Shown: positions 1-9,400 of the stretch, piece by piece | Numbering within the stretch: position 1 is the first letter of the stretch | Layout of the letters: every line of letters begins with the position of its first letter | From: Gloeobacterales cyanobacterium | GTDB lineage: Bacteria; Cyanobacteriota; Cyanobacteriia; Gloeobacterales; PMM-0068 | Assembly: GCA_038245785.1 (NCBI GenBank) | Contig: JBBRSB010000016.1 | Span: forward strand, 32,609-96,608 | DNA length: 64,000 bases | Direction: 5' to 3' | Program-made: the position numbers and the translations under genes | Notes under the pieces: model-generated | Seen by the model: only the letters and a program-made list of their open reading frames with translations | Told to the model about the DNA's origin: nothing | The model's database searches: none

Positions 1-482
1 AATTTGCCCGTCTACGCAAAAAATTAGTCCATGCTATCGAATATTTCCCCTTAGATGAAATTCACCCGACGGCTATCGCAGCTCTTGAACAGCTACAGAA
101 TGCTGGTGTCATGCTCGGCGTGGTAACTATGCGCCTCGTACGAGAACTAGAGCCTGCCCTAGCCAAATTTGACCTCGAACGCTTTTTCACAGCCGAACAC
201 CGCTACTGCATCTCCAATGAACACGTCAAAGATGATGACATCCGAGATAAAGCGATGCTGCTAGCTCGTGCCCATGCCGCTTTTAAGAACAGTACAGCAG
301 AGACAGACGCTCAATGCTATATGGTTGGAGACACTGAAGCAGATATCTTGGCGGGCCAGAAACTAGGGATTCCTTCCCTCGCCGTTCTCTCTGGTATTCG
401 GGACCAAAACCACCTGAGCAAATTAGCCCCCTGGAAAGTAGTCCAGACCTTGCAGGAAGCGGTTCAAGTCATTTTGGATTAG
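1..482 (+). CDS. HAD-family hydrolase, 5'-truncated by the window edge
   Basis: Frame is open from position 3; C-terminal HAD motif IV (MVGDTEADI..G..LG..S..VLSGIR). Confidence 0.85.
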   Translation, partial: FARLRKKLVHAIEYFPLDEIHPTAIAALEQLQNAGVMLGVVTMRLVRELEPALAKFDLERFFTAEHRYCISNEHVKDDDIRDKAMLLARAHAAFKNSTAETDAQCYMVGDTEADILAGQKLGIPSLAVLSGIRDQNHLSKLAPWKVVQTLQEAVQVILD

Positions 483-563
483 TGACATACCCCCGACAAA
501 TAGGTCCTAATAATCTTGCCGAATACTATATTGTTCGAATCATGAGTTCTAATGCGGCATGGA

Positions 564-1091
564 TTACTTTTCGATTTTGAATAATTCATCACCCTCATCG
601 TAGAAGCGATCCGTTTTTCCGATGTAAGTCATACCCAATTTTTGAGCAACTCTAATCGAGGCCATGTTAGTAGGTGTGATTACAGCATATAGAGCAGGAA
701 GTTTTATATCATTCAATCCGTAATTAATTAGAGCCTGCCCGATCTCTGTAGCATAACCTTTGCCCCAAGATGCTTTTCGAAGATGCCAGCCAATTTCATA
801 GTCATTTATAAGCTGCTCTTCTTTTTTGTCGTAGAGAGGCGCCAGTAAAGCTGCCCCAATCACTTGACCAGAGGCTTTTTCAACGACAGCATACCAAAGG
901 TCATCGTCATCAGCAGATTCGAGATGTTCTTGAAGCTGCTGGCGCGTGGTTTCAATACTTTCATCGGGTTCTATACCAAGAAAGCAGACAACCTCTGGAT
1001 TTCCATAAATCTCAAAGGCCGCCTGAATATCTATATCGAGATTCCAAGAACGTACCAATAAGCGATTGGTTTCAAAAATGATTTCGTTCAT
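564..1091 (-). CDS. GNAT family (RimJ/RimL-like) N-acetyltransferase
   Basis: ETNRLLVR start; EIGWHL..WGKGYATE and N.ASIRVAQKLGM motifs. Confidence 0.9.
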   Translation of the reverse strand: MNEIIFETNRLLVRSWNLDIDIQAAFEIYGNPEVVCFLGIEPDESIETTRQQLQEHLESADDDDLWYAVVEKASGQVIGAALLAPLYDKKEEQLINDYEIGWHLRKASWGKGYATEIGQALINYGLNDIKLPALYAVITPTNMASIRVAQKLGMTYIGKTDRFYDEGDELFKIEK

Positions 1092-1143
1092 CCTATCTCT
1101 TTGCTATCTTCGAAGCCTGGGACACTTTGAAGTCACAACCCAC

Positions 1144-1169
1144 GTTCGGCTGAGCTCACCGTCGAAGCC
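1144..1169. repeat. Short dispersed palindromic repeat
   Basis: gttcggctgagctcaccgtcgaagcc is the exact reverse complement of 31116-31141. Confidence 0.85.
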
Positions 1170-1222
1170 CAGTATACCTACCCTACGGGAAGCTGCGGGG
1201 AGGCAGGGGGGCGAAACTCAGT

Positions 1223-1633
1223 TTAAGGAGTAGCCCGCACAGGCCAATTAATTTGAAAAGGAGCAAAGGTTACCTTGCTGCCCTTCTTCGGCTGACCTAC
1301 TAGGCGTACGGTGTAGGGACCGGGACTGGGAAACATCAGCTTTGCCATCACCCGTTCGTTCCCAGACAGCGTATATTCACCAATCGCTTTCGCTTTTGAA
1401 TTAGGCTTACCAGAATACACTTTGACCGAACAAGAACAGTCTTGAGCTGTAATGCTATTTCCTCCTTTTTTGCGGATCTCGAACCACCCCTCCACGGGCA
1501 CCCCAGCCTTTGGCTGGTCATCAGGCTCAATGTGGAATAAGGCTCCTACATTTTTGTCTTTCTCTAAGTCATGGGCAAAGGCAGGTGTAATGGTTAATGC
1601 AAGTAAACTAAAGAGAGTGAGAGCATACTTCAT
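1223..1633 (-). CDS. Secreted hypothetical protein, possibly metal-binding
   Basis: Likely start MKYALT at 1633; signal peptide ends AFA-H; H..........FHIEPDD motif. Confidence 0.7.
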   Translation of the reverse strand: MKYALTLFSLLALTITPAFAHDLEKDKNVGALFHIEPDDQPKAGVPVEGWFEIRKKGGNSITAQDCSCSVKVYSGKPNSKAKAIGEYTLSGNERVMAKLMFPSPGPYTVRLVGQPKKGSKVTFAPFQINWPVRATP

Positions 1634-1637
1634 AGAT

Positions 1638-2294
1638 TTAAAGTTCATCCTTTTTGTAGTTAGAAGAGCGACTAAAAGACTTAATGGACAAATATTTCGC
1701 CAGAAGAATGAATACAGATAAAGTAAACAAAAGCAAAGCATTGGTGAATTTGAACGTATCCCATCCTGACCCCAAATAGTGGACGCCGAGCCAAATACTA
1801 TGGATTAGGCCCAGAATAGCAGCGGGATAGACCAAGAGATGGAGTTGCTTCCAATATTTCCCCAACCTGCGAATAGAAAACTGGTTACTGGTTAAAACAA
1901 GCGGCACCATTAATCCTAAAGCGACCACTCCCAGCCAAGCACCCACTTGAAAGACTGGCAAAAGAAAACTGATGCCATCCCAGCGGCCTCCCAAAATATG
2001 CTCAACCGAAGTGAGGGTATGCATCAATGCAAAGGCAAAAGTAGTCAGACCTAACCAACGCCGGTCTTGTGTGATGCCAGGTAATATCGGTTCTAGCGGT
2101 CTACTTAATATCAACAAACCGAAGCAGAATAAAGCCCCATGCCCCTGAAGTTCTGAGATTAACTGGCCAGCTTGATGATTTCCCGTTGTCCAATAATCCC
2201 AAACCACTAAGCCAACCCAGGCTAAGCCAATCCCGATAGCCAAAAAGGGCCAGCGTAGGGGCCGGAGGTCGACCGTCGGGATAGGAGCAGTCAC
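1638..2294 (-). CDS. Ferric reductase-like transmembrane protein (MsrQ/YedZ-like)
   Basis: RRWLGL...H, LTSN..SIRRLG..WKQLH.LVY....L..IH heme-ligand pattern. Confidence 0.8.
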   Translation of the reverse strand: MTAPIPTVDLRPLRWPFLAIGIGLAWVGLVVWDYWTTGNHQAGQLISELQGHGALFCFGLLILSRPLEPILPGITQDRRWLGLTTFAFALMHTLTSVEHILGGRWDGISFLLPVFQVGAWLGVVALGLMVPLVLTSNQFSIRRLGKYWKQLHLLVYPAAILGLIHSIWLGVHYLGSGWDTFKFTNALLLFTLSVFILLAKYLSIKSFSRSSNYKKDEL

Positions 2295-2475
2295 ACTGAG
2301 TCTTGCGGTAACATGTGTACGATCATATAAGACACATGGTCGTAGTGCAGGTTGTTCGTGGACGACAAAGACTGTTGGATTACCAAAATTCAGACGCGAG
2401 CGTGGTCTATACCGTTCAATACAATGTCCATAGTTTTTTCAGAATTGAAATAGGGAAATTGGTGGGAAGGATATC

Positions 2476-3669
2476 TTGGCTGACCGAAAGCTTATACTCA
2501 CGTTGAAAGGATGGCTGCTTTACAGCCTCCTGATCCTAGGTTTTGTAGTTTATGGCTTAGGAGAATTCCTTCTTAAGAACAAAGAACCGAACTTCCTTTT
2601 TCATGGACTGGGATCTGCTCAAACGTCTAAACCCGATATTTCAAGCGGTACGCCCTATCTATCGACCCTAAAAGATTTTGCTTTTCCTGTGGCAGTGACT
2701 CAAGACTCAGCCGGAAATCTATGGGTGATTGACCATAGCAACAATCGGATTTTGCGCGTGGAGCGAGACAATCGGGTTTTCTTGGTCGCAGGCAATGGTT
2801 CTAGCAAAGCGAGTGGGGATGGAGGACCTGCCCAAAAAGCAGGGATTTTCCCCTTGGCTCTTGCCCTGGGCCCAGATGACAGTGTCTACATAGCCGATCA
2901 TGAGAATCATCGCATCCGCAAAATTTTTTCTGATGGAACTATTGAAACCTTAGCGGGCACAGGCCAAGCCGGATTTTCCGGAGATGGAGGGCTGGCATGG
3001 AAGGCACAGCTTGATGACCCAACAGGGGTAGCGGTAGACCAGGCCAACAACGTCTACATCGCAGACCACGGAAATCATCGAATCCGGGTTGTTCGTCCTG
3101 CAGGCACGATTGAAACTTTGGCTGGCACGGGGCAGGAAGGATTTTCTGGAGATGGCGGCCCTGCCTTAGAGGCAAAGCTCAGCAGTCCCTGGTCCGTGAC
3201 TCTGGATTGTAAGGGTAGTTTGTTGGTAGCAGATTTAGGCAATAACCGCATACGAGCGATTAATGCAGACCGTTCGATCCAAACGTTAGTAGGCGATGGA
3301 AAGGGTGAATTTAAAGGAGACAGGGGACCAGCCGTAGCAGCTTCTATTAATAGCTCTGTTGCCGTAGCCCCCGATTGCCGTACGCAGTCTCTCTACGTTG
3401 CCGATACGGGCAGTGACCGAATTCGTAGAGTCAACCGAGAAGGAATTATTCAAACGGTAGCGGGGAAAGGTGCTTTTGGTTCGAAGGGAGATGGGGGTAA
3501 AGCTTTGAACGCTGAACTTGGTTCTCCCTACAGCCTTTGGGTAGACACTCAGGGAGGTGTTTACGTTGCAGATGCCAATAACCAACGCATACGCTACCTA
3601 GCTCCTGATCAAAGCATCCGGACTGTCCTCAGCCCTTTAGGTGCGCGACTTCCCGATTTAACACGCTAG
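2476..3669 (+). CDS. NHL-repeat beta-propeller protein with N-terminal membrane anchor
   Basis: Repeated VYIAD..NHRIR...GTIETLAGTG..GFSGDGG units. Confidence 0.9.
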   Translation: MADRKLILTLKGWLLYSLLILGFVVYGLGEFLLKNKEPNFLFHGLGSAQTSKPDISSGTPYLSTLKDFAFPVAVTQDSAGNLWVIDHSNNRILRVERDNRVFLVAGNGSSKASGDGGPAQKAGIFPLALALGPDDSVYIADHENHRIRKIFSDGTIETLAGTGQAGFSGDGGLAWKAQLDDPTGVAVDQANNVYIADHGNHRIRVVRPAGTIETLAGTGQEGFSGDGGPALEAKLSSPWSVTLDCKGSLLVADLGNNRIRAINADRSIQTLVGDGKGEFKGDRGPAVAASINSSVAVAPDCRTQSLYVADTGSDRIRRVNREGIIQTVAGKGAFGSKGDGGKALNAELGSPYSLWVDTQGGVYVADANNQRIRYLAPDQSIRTVLSPLGARLPDLTR

Positions 3670-3732
3670 GAGATTCCGCCGCGCTGCCCTCCTTCTCGTA
3701 TGATCGAGATAGCTCTTGTGATACGCACTCCC

Positions 3733-5400
3733 ATGGTTAGTTTTGATTCTATCCCCAATGCTCTAGAGGACCTCCGCTCTGGAAAAATGGTGGTCGTTGT
3801 TGATGATGAAAACAGAGAAAACGAAGGAGACTTGATTGGGGCTGCACAGTTCGCTACCCCAGAGATCGTTAACTTTATGGCTATCGAAGCCAGAGGTCTG
3901 ATCTGTTTAGCGATGACTGGGGAGCGGCTAGACCAACTGCAATTGCCTTTAATGGTGAGTGCAAATACCGATAAGAACCAGACAGCTTTCACCGTCAGTA
4001 TCGATGCAGGACCAGAACTAGGGGTCAGTACTGGCATTTCAGCTGCCGACCGTTCTAAAACGATTTTGGCAACCATAAACCCGTTAGCGCGGCCTGAGCA
4101 ACTACGTAGACCAGGACATATTTTTCCCCTCAGAGCCCGAGATGGGGGCGTACTCGAACGGGCAGGCCATACCGAAGCAGCCGTGGACATGGCCCGTATG
4201 GCTGGCCTCTACCCAGCAGGGGTGATTTGCGAAATTCAAAATCCAGATGGCACTATGGCTCGATTGCCCGAACTCGTCGAGTATGCCCAGAAGCACAATC
4301 TCAAGATCATTTCCATTGCCGAACTGATTAGCTATCGCCTGCAAACTGAGCGCCTCGTCCATCGAGAGACCAGGGCCAAGCTCCCCACAGAATACGGCCT
4401 GTTTGAAATTTTTGGATACCGCAGCACGCTGGACAACTCGGAGCACGTAGCGATTGTACGGGCTCAAACCGATCCTGAAATCTATGCTCCTTTTGCCGAT
4501 AGCCAAGAATCGACCCTAGTCCGCGTTCACTCAGAATGCCTTACTGGAGACGCTTTTGGTTCTCTTCGCTGTGATTGTCGCAAACAGCTGCAAGCGGCCC
4601 TGAAGATGATTGACCATCTGGGAGAGGGGGTTGTGGTTTACCTGCGGCAGGAAGGCCGAGGTATTGGGCTGGTGAATAAATTAAAAGCCTATGCGCTGCA
4701 GGATATGGGCTTAGACACGGTAGAAGCGAATGAACGGCTAGGTTTTGCTGCTGACCTCAGGAACTACGGCATTGGGGCTCAGATTCTCAACGATTTGGGT
4801 GTTCGCAAAATGAAACTAATTACCAACAATCCTCGAAAGATTGCCGGAGTCTCGGGATACAACTTGGAAATCACAGCCAGAGTTCCTCTAATCGTTGAGG
4901 AAACAGACTTTAATGCCCGCTATCTAAACACCAAAGCCCTTAAATTGGGCCATCTGTTGCCTCAGAGACCTTCTCAGTACGTAACATTGGGTCTACATTT
5001 CGTGGGAGAACAGACCCCTAGTCAGAGAGCTCACCAAGTCTCACAGCTAAGGGCACTGGCTGATACAGACGATCTAACGATCCAAGAAGAAGACCGTCCA
5101 GTTGCCTGTGCGCTGTTTGGAGCAGGGAGTATCATCGTACATGTAGGTTCCTTGCTAAAGACAGAAGAACCTTGGTATCTTGACCCGAAACAAGAAACCT
5201 ACCAAAAACTGGCTAACTTTCTGATACAGGTGAGTCGCTGGGAAAGCCTTACCCGTATGGAGTTTCTGGCTGGAGGAGAGAAAGACCCTTTAGCTCATCT
5301 TAGTCAAAGACTGGACCGCAAAGAGCAACCTTTAAACAGGTTAAAGGATTACCTAAATGAAGCACTCTCCGAACAGGTTGTATACAGTTTTACAATGTAA
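3733..5400 (+). CDS. ribBA: Bifunctional DHBP synthase / GTP cyclohydrolase II with C-terminal extension
   Basis: DDENRENEGDL, RPGHIFPL, RVHSECLTGD..GSLRCDC, QEGRGIGL motifs; start codon uncertain (3700 or 3733). Confidence 0.97.
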   Translation: MVSFDSIPNALEDLRSGKMVVVVDDENRENEGDLIGAAQFATPEIVNFMAIEARGLICLAMTGERLDQLQLPLMVSANTDKNQTAFTVSIDAGPELGVSTGISAADRSKTILATINPLARPEQLRRPGHIFPLRARDGGVLERAGHTEAAVDMARMAGLYPAGVICEIQNPDGTMARLPELVEYAQKHNLKIISIAELISYRLQTERLVHRETRAKLPTEYGLFEIFGYRSTLDNSEHVAIVRAQTDPEIYAPFADSQESTLVRVHSECLTGDAFGSLRCDCRKQLQAALKMIDHLGEGVVVYLRQEGRGIGLVNKLKAYALQDMGLDTVEANERLGFAADLRNYGIGAQILNDLGVRKMKLITNNPRKIAGVSGYNLEITARVPLIVEETDFNARYLNTKALKLGHLLPQRPSQYVTLGLHFVGEQTPSQRAHQVSQLRALADTDDLTIQEEDRPVACALFGAGSIIVHVGSLLKTEEPWYLDPKQETYQKLANFLIQVSRWESLTRMEFLAGGEKDPLAHLSQRLDRKEQPLNRLKDYLNEALSEQVVYSFTM

Positions 5401-5521
5401 CTGTTCCGTATTGATCTCCGCGATATAGATTTCACTGCAAAATTTCCGCGATGGTACGGTAATGTGTTTGAACTTTTTGTAATACATTATCTGAAGTAAC
5501 AGAATCCTCACTGCTAGAGTT

Positions 5522-5965
5522 ATGCATTCACTAAAACTTTACTTAGAAGGGAGCTACAGAGCGATCAGGGTGGTGGGTCCTATCCCTCTCCTTCTCTCTC
5601 TGTCGCTGATCCTGCTGATCAATCTTGTCTGTTGGGCCCTCTGGCAACCCATCTTCATCACAACTTTTGGGCAGCTCCAAGGGTTTTGTTTAACTTGGGT
5701 CCTTTGCGCAGTGCTCTATATCTTTGGAACCCAGATCCGAGAAACGTCTTATCTAATTTGGCAAGGCTGTCTACTGGGAAGTCTTTGGCATTTGATTAAT
5801 GAATCTTGCCAGCCATTTCTGGGTTTCTGGGCTAACTTGTTGGGACTTATAGTTACCGCTGGCTTAGTGTGGTGGTTTTTCCTAAGAGGAAATAATCGTG
5901 GCGATGGAGGTCTCTCTCTTTCCACCCCAACTCCCCAAACACCTAGCCCAGTTTTGGTTCGCTAA
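5522..5965 (+). CDS. Hypothetical membrane protein
   Basis: 147-aa ORF with about 4 hydrophobic segments. Confidence 0.65.
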   Translation: MHSLKLYLEGSYRAIRVVGPIPLLLSLSLILLINLVCWALWQPIFITTFGQLQGFCLTWVLCAVLYIFGTQIRETSYLIWQGCLLGSLWHLINESCQPFLGFWANLLGLIVTAGLVWWFFLRGNNRGDGGLSLSTPTPQTPSPVLVR

Positions 5966-6017
5966 ATATAGCCGTCCTATAAAAATGAACACTTATCGAA
6001 AGAGGTTGTAACCAGCC

Positions 6018-6272
6018 ATGATTAGCCGCGTACTAGACCCACATGATATTCAAACGTATCGTTATAGAGTCAGACTTTTGGGACGGGAGCTGTTAGATGA
6101 AGAAGATCAAATCAAGCGAACAACTATTGCCTTGCTTTTAGCTGACACTGCAGCAACGCTAGCCAAACTAGAAGTCCAAGAAGCACAAAAACTTAGAGAA
6201 GAGTGTATGCCTCCTGACAGTATGGAGCACGCTCACCTTGTGGATGGTTCCTTCGCAACCTCTGAGGCATGA
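6018..6272 (+). CDS. Small hypothetical helical protein
   Basis: 84-aa ORF with AGAGG RBS-like sequence upstream. Confidence 0.6.
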   Translation: MISRVLDPHDIQTYRYRVRLLGRELLDEEDQIKRTTIALLLADTAATLAKLEVQEAQKLREECMPPDSMEHAHLVDGSFATSEA

Positions 6273-6353
6273 GATAAGCTTTGCTTCTCTCCATTACCTA
6301 GAACGTTTTCACTAACGCTCTAGGCCGCAAATTTAAAGTGATCTTGATCTTGC

Positions 6354-6393
6354 AAAATCCAATGGAACTGTGCGGTTCTGTTGGATTTTTTTT
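6354..6393. terminator. Hairpin terminator between convergent genes
   Basis: aaaatccaatggaac...gttctgttggatttt followed by a T run. Confidence 0.6.
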
Positions 6394-6458
6394 ATCGCAC
6401 AAGGAATGATTGCACCTTTTGATTAACCTTAGGTTAATAGCCATTTATTGCAAAGGAT

Positions 6459-9400
6459 TTACTCTGCAGGAGTTAAAACTTGTCCTTGGGACTTCACTAG
6501 GAGACTCTCGGCCTCAGACGGGGGAACTACCAGCCAGAATTGGGGTAAATAGGATTCCCACTGTTCTAGGATCGTCTGGGCTTTTTCGCTATCTGTATAA
6601 CGGCAGTGCCCCTGGATCAGAGACTTCAACTTAGTCTGGCCCTCGAGACTGCTTACCCGTTGAAGTTTCTTGCCATTGTCTGCATTGAACTTCTCTGCAA
6701 ATGTTCCAGACTCATCGAGAACAAAGGCAAGACCTCCGGTCATTCCTGCCCCAAAATTACGGCCCGTTGGTCCTAAGACTACTACATGACCGCCTGTCAT
6801 ATACTCACAGCAATGGTCTCCGGCCCCTTCAACGACAGCATCGGCTAGGGAATTGCGCACCGCAAATCGTTCTCCCGCGCAACCATAGGCGTAGAGCGTT
6901 CCTCCGGTGGCTCCATAGAGGCAGGTATTGCCGATGATTACATTCTCAGAAGGGGTATAGGTTGCCCCTTCAAAAGGACGAATGACAATTTCTCCGCCAT
7001 TCATGCCTTTGCCCACATAATCATTTGCTTCACCGATCAAAACTAAACGCAGTCCTTGAACGCAAAAGGCTCCAAAACTCTGCCCTGCAGAGCCACGGAA
7101 TGTCAGATGAATCAGTCCTTGGAATCGAGCATTACCGTGACGCTCAGCGATGACGCCACTGAGTCTAGCTCCTACCGATCGGTCTGTATTAAGGATGGTA
7201 TAGGTTTTTTCAACGGTGCCGTGTTGCGTAACAGCCTGTTCAATGTCTGAGTCAGCGATCATTTCGTCGTCGAGGACAGGACCATTACTGTGAGCAGAAA
7301 GACTGCGCGTAGATACCCAAGAGCGGTCAGCAGCTGTACCTGCGCCGTCCATGAAGAAAGACAAATCGAGATTTTTGACCTTACTTAAAGTCACTGGACG
7401 TTCTTTGAGTAAGTCCATCCGCCCTAGCACTTCATCTAAAGTCTTGAAGCCAAGGCCAGCCAAAGTTACCCGCACTTCTTGACCAATGTAGGTAAAGAAA
7501 TTCACTACGTGGTCAGGAACTCCAGGGAAACGAACCCTGAGCGCTTCTTTTTGAGAGGTGACGCCTACGGGGCAGTTATTCGTGTGGCAAATGCGGGCCA
7601 TGATGCAGCCTTCTGCCACCATCGCAATCGTGCCAAAGCCATACTCATCCGCGCCAAGCATGGCCGCAAAAACCACATCCCAGCCTGTGCGCAGGCCGCC
7701 ATCGACCCTGAGTTGGACCCTATCGCGTAGACCATTCAAAATCAAAGACTGATGGACTTCTGCTAAGCCCTGCTCCCAGGGAGAACCAGCATGTTTGATC
7801 GAGCTAAGCGGCGAAGCGCCTGTTCCGCCATCGTGCCCAGAGACTTGGATTACATCCGCATTGGCCTTGGCCACGCCTGATGCAATCGTTCCAATTCCGG
7901 TCTCCGCCACCAGCTTCACTGAGACTTTGGCCTGGGGATTGATCTGATGGAGGTCAAAAATCAACTGGGCTAAATCTTCAATCGAATAGATGTCGTGGTG
8001 GGGAGGAGGTGAAATAAGCGAAACGCCAGGCTTAGAACGCCGGAGCGCAGCGATATAGGCTGATACCTTGTGTCCAGGAAGCTGACCGCCTTCCCCAGGC
8101 TTCGCCCCTTGAGCGATCTTAATTTCTAGCTGGTCTGCCAATTTCAGATACTCGGGAGTCACCCCAAAACGCCCAGAGGCGATTTGGCGAATGGCAGAGC
8201 CAGCTCGGTCTCCAGGCTTTAATCCCTTTAGGCCAGGGAAGTGGGGAGAAGTACCATCGGCTTGAATGTCTTGAATTGGCTTATAGCGAAGCGGGTCTTC
8301 GCCGCCTTCGCCTGAATTAGATTTACCGCCAATCCGATTCATGGCGATTGCCAAGACTTCATGAGCTTCCTTAGAAAGCGCACCCAAAGACATCCCGCCC
8401 GTGCAGAAGCGCTGCAGGATAGACTCCACGGATTCCACTTCGTCTAGGGGAATTGCCTCTCGGTCAGACGTTAATTCAAACAGGTCTCGGATCGCGGTAG
8501 GCGGACGATTTCGGACAATAGACAAATACCGCTCATAGAGTTCATGCTCAGATAAGCCAGACTTATCTTCTTTAAGCCCCACCGCTGCGTGTAGAGCCTT
8601 AACCATTTGCGGATTGTTGATATGGTATTCACCATCCGGCTTGTAGGCCAAAAGACCATACTGGACAAGCTTTGTACTTGTTAGCTCTGGATAGGCCTGT
8701 TGGTGAAAGCTAACTACTTCCTGCGCCAAGTCCTCTAGCTCCAGACCCCCAATGCGCGAAGGCGTGGCGTCAAAGGCTCGCTTAATTAAGGTTGGTCCCA
8801 AGCCCAAGGCTTCAAAGATTTGGGCTCCTGAATAGCTAGACAGGAGAGAAATTCCCATCTTCGAGAGAATTTTGAGAATTCCAGCTTCCACAGCCTCGAC
8901 ATACTTTTGTTGCGCTTCGATGACGGTGAGTTTTAACTTTCCCTGGCTCAATTCCATCTGTGTTTTTGGATGGTCATACCAGTGGCGGATCGTCTCGTAG
9001 GTTAAGTAGGGACAGACTGCACTAGCTCCATATCCCAGCAGACAGGCAAAATGATGAGTGCTCCAACAGGCTGCCGTCTCGACAATCAGGCTGGCTTTCA
9101 TTCGTAGGCCGGCCCGAATCAAATGGTGATGGACCGCACCTACGGCGAGCAAGGGCGGAATCGCTGGATGGTCCGCCTCCAATGCCCGGTCACTGAGAAT
9201 AAGTAAAGATTTCCCAGCTTTGACTTGGGTTTCAGCTTCGACACAGAGCTGTTCTAAGGCTTTTTCTAAGCCTTGAGGGCCGTCGCCTAAGTTAAAGACG
9301 ATAGAGAGCACCGCAGCGCCAAAGGGTTCTGGTTGCTGCTTAAGTTCTTCCAATTGGCGCTCACTCAGGACTGGACTCTTAAGATGAATAGTTCGAGCAG

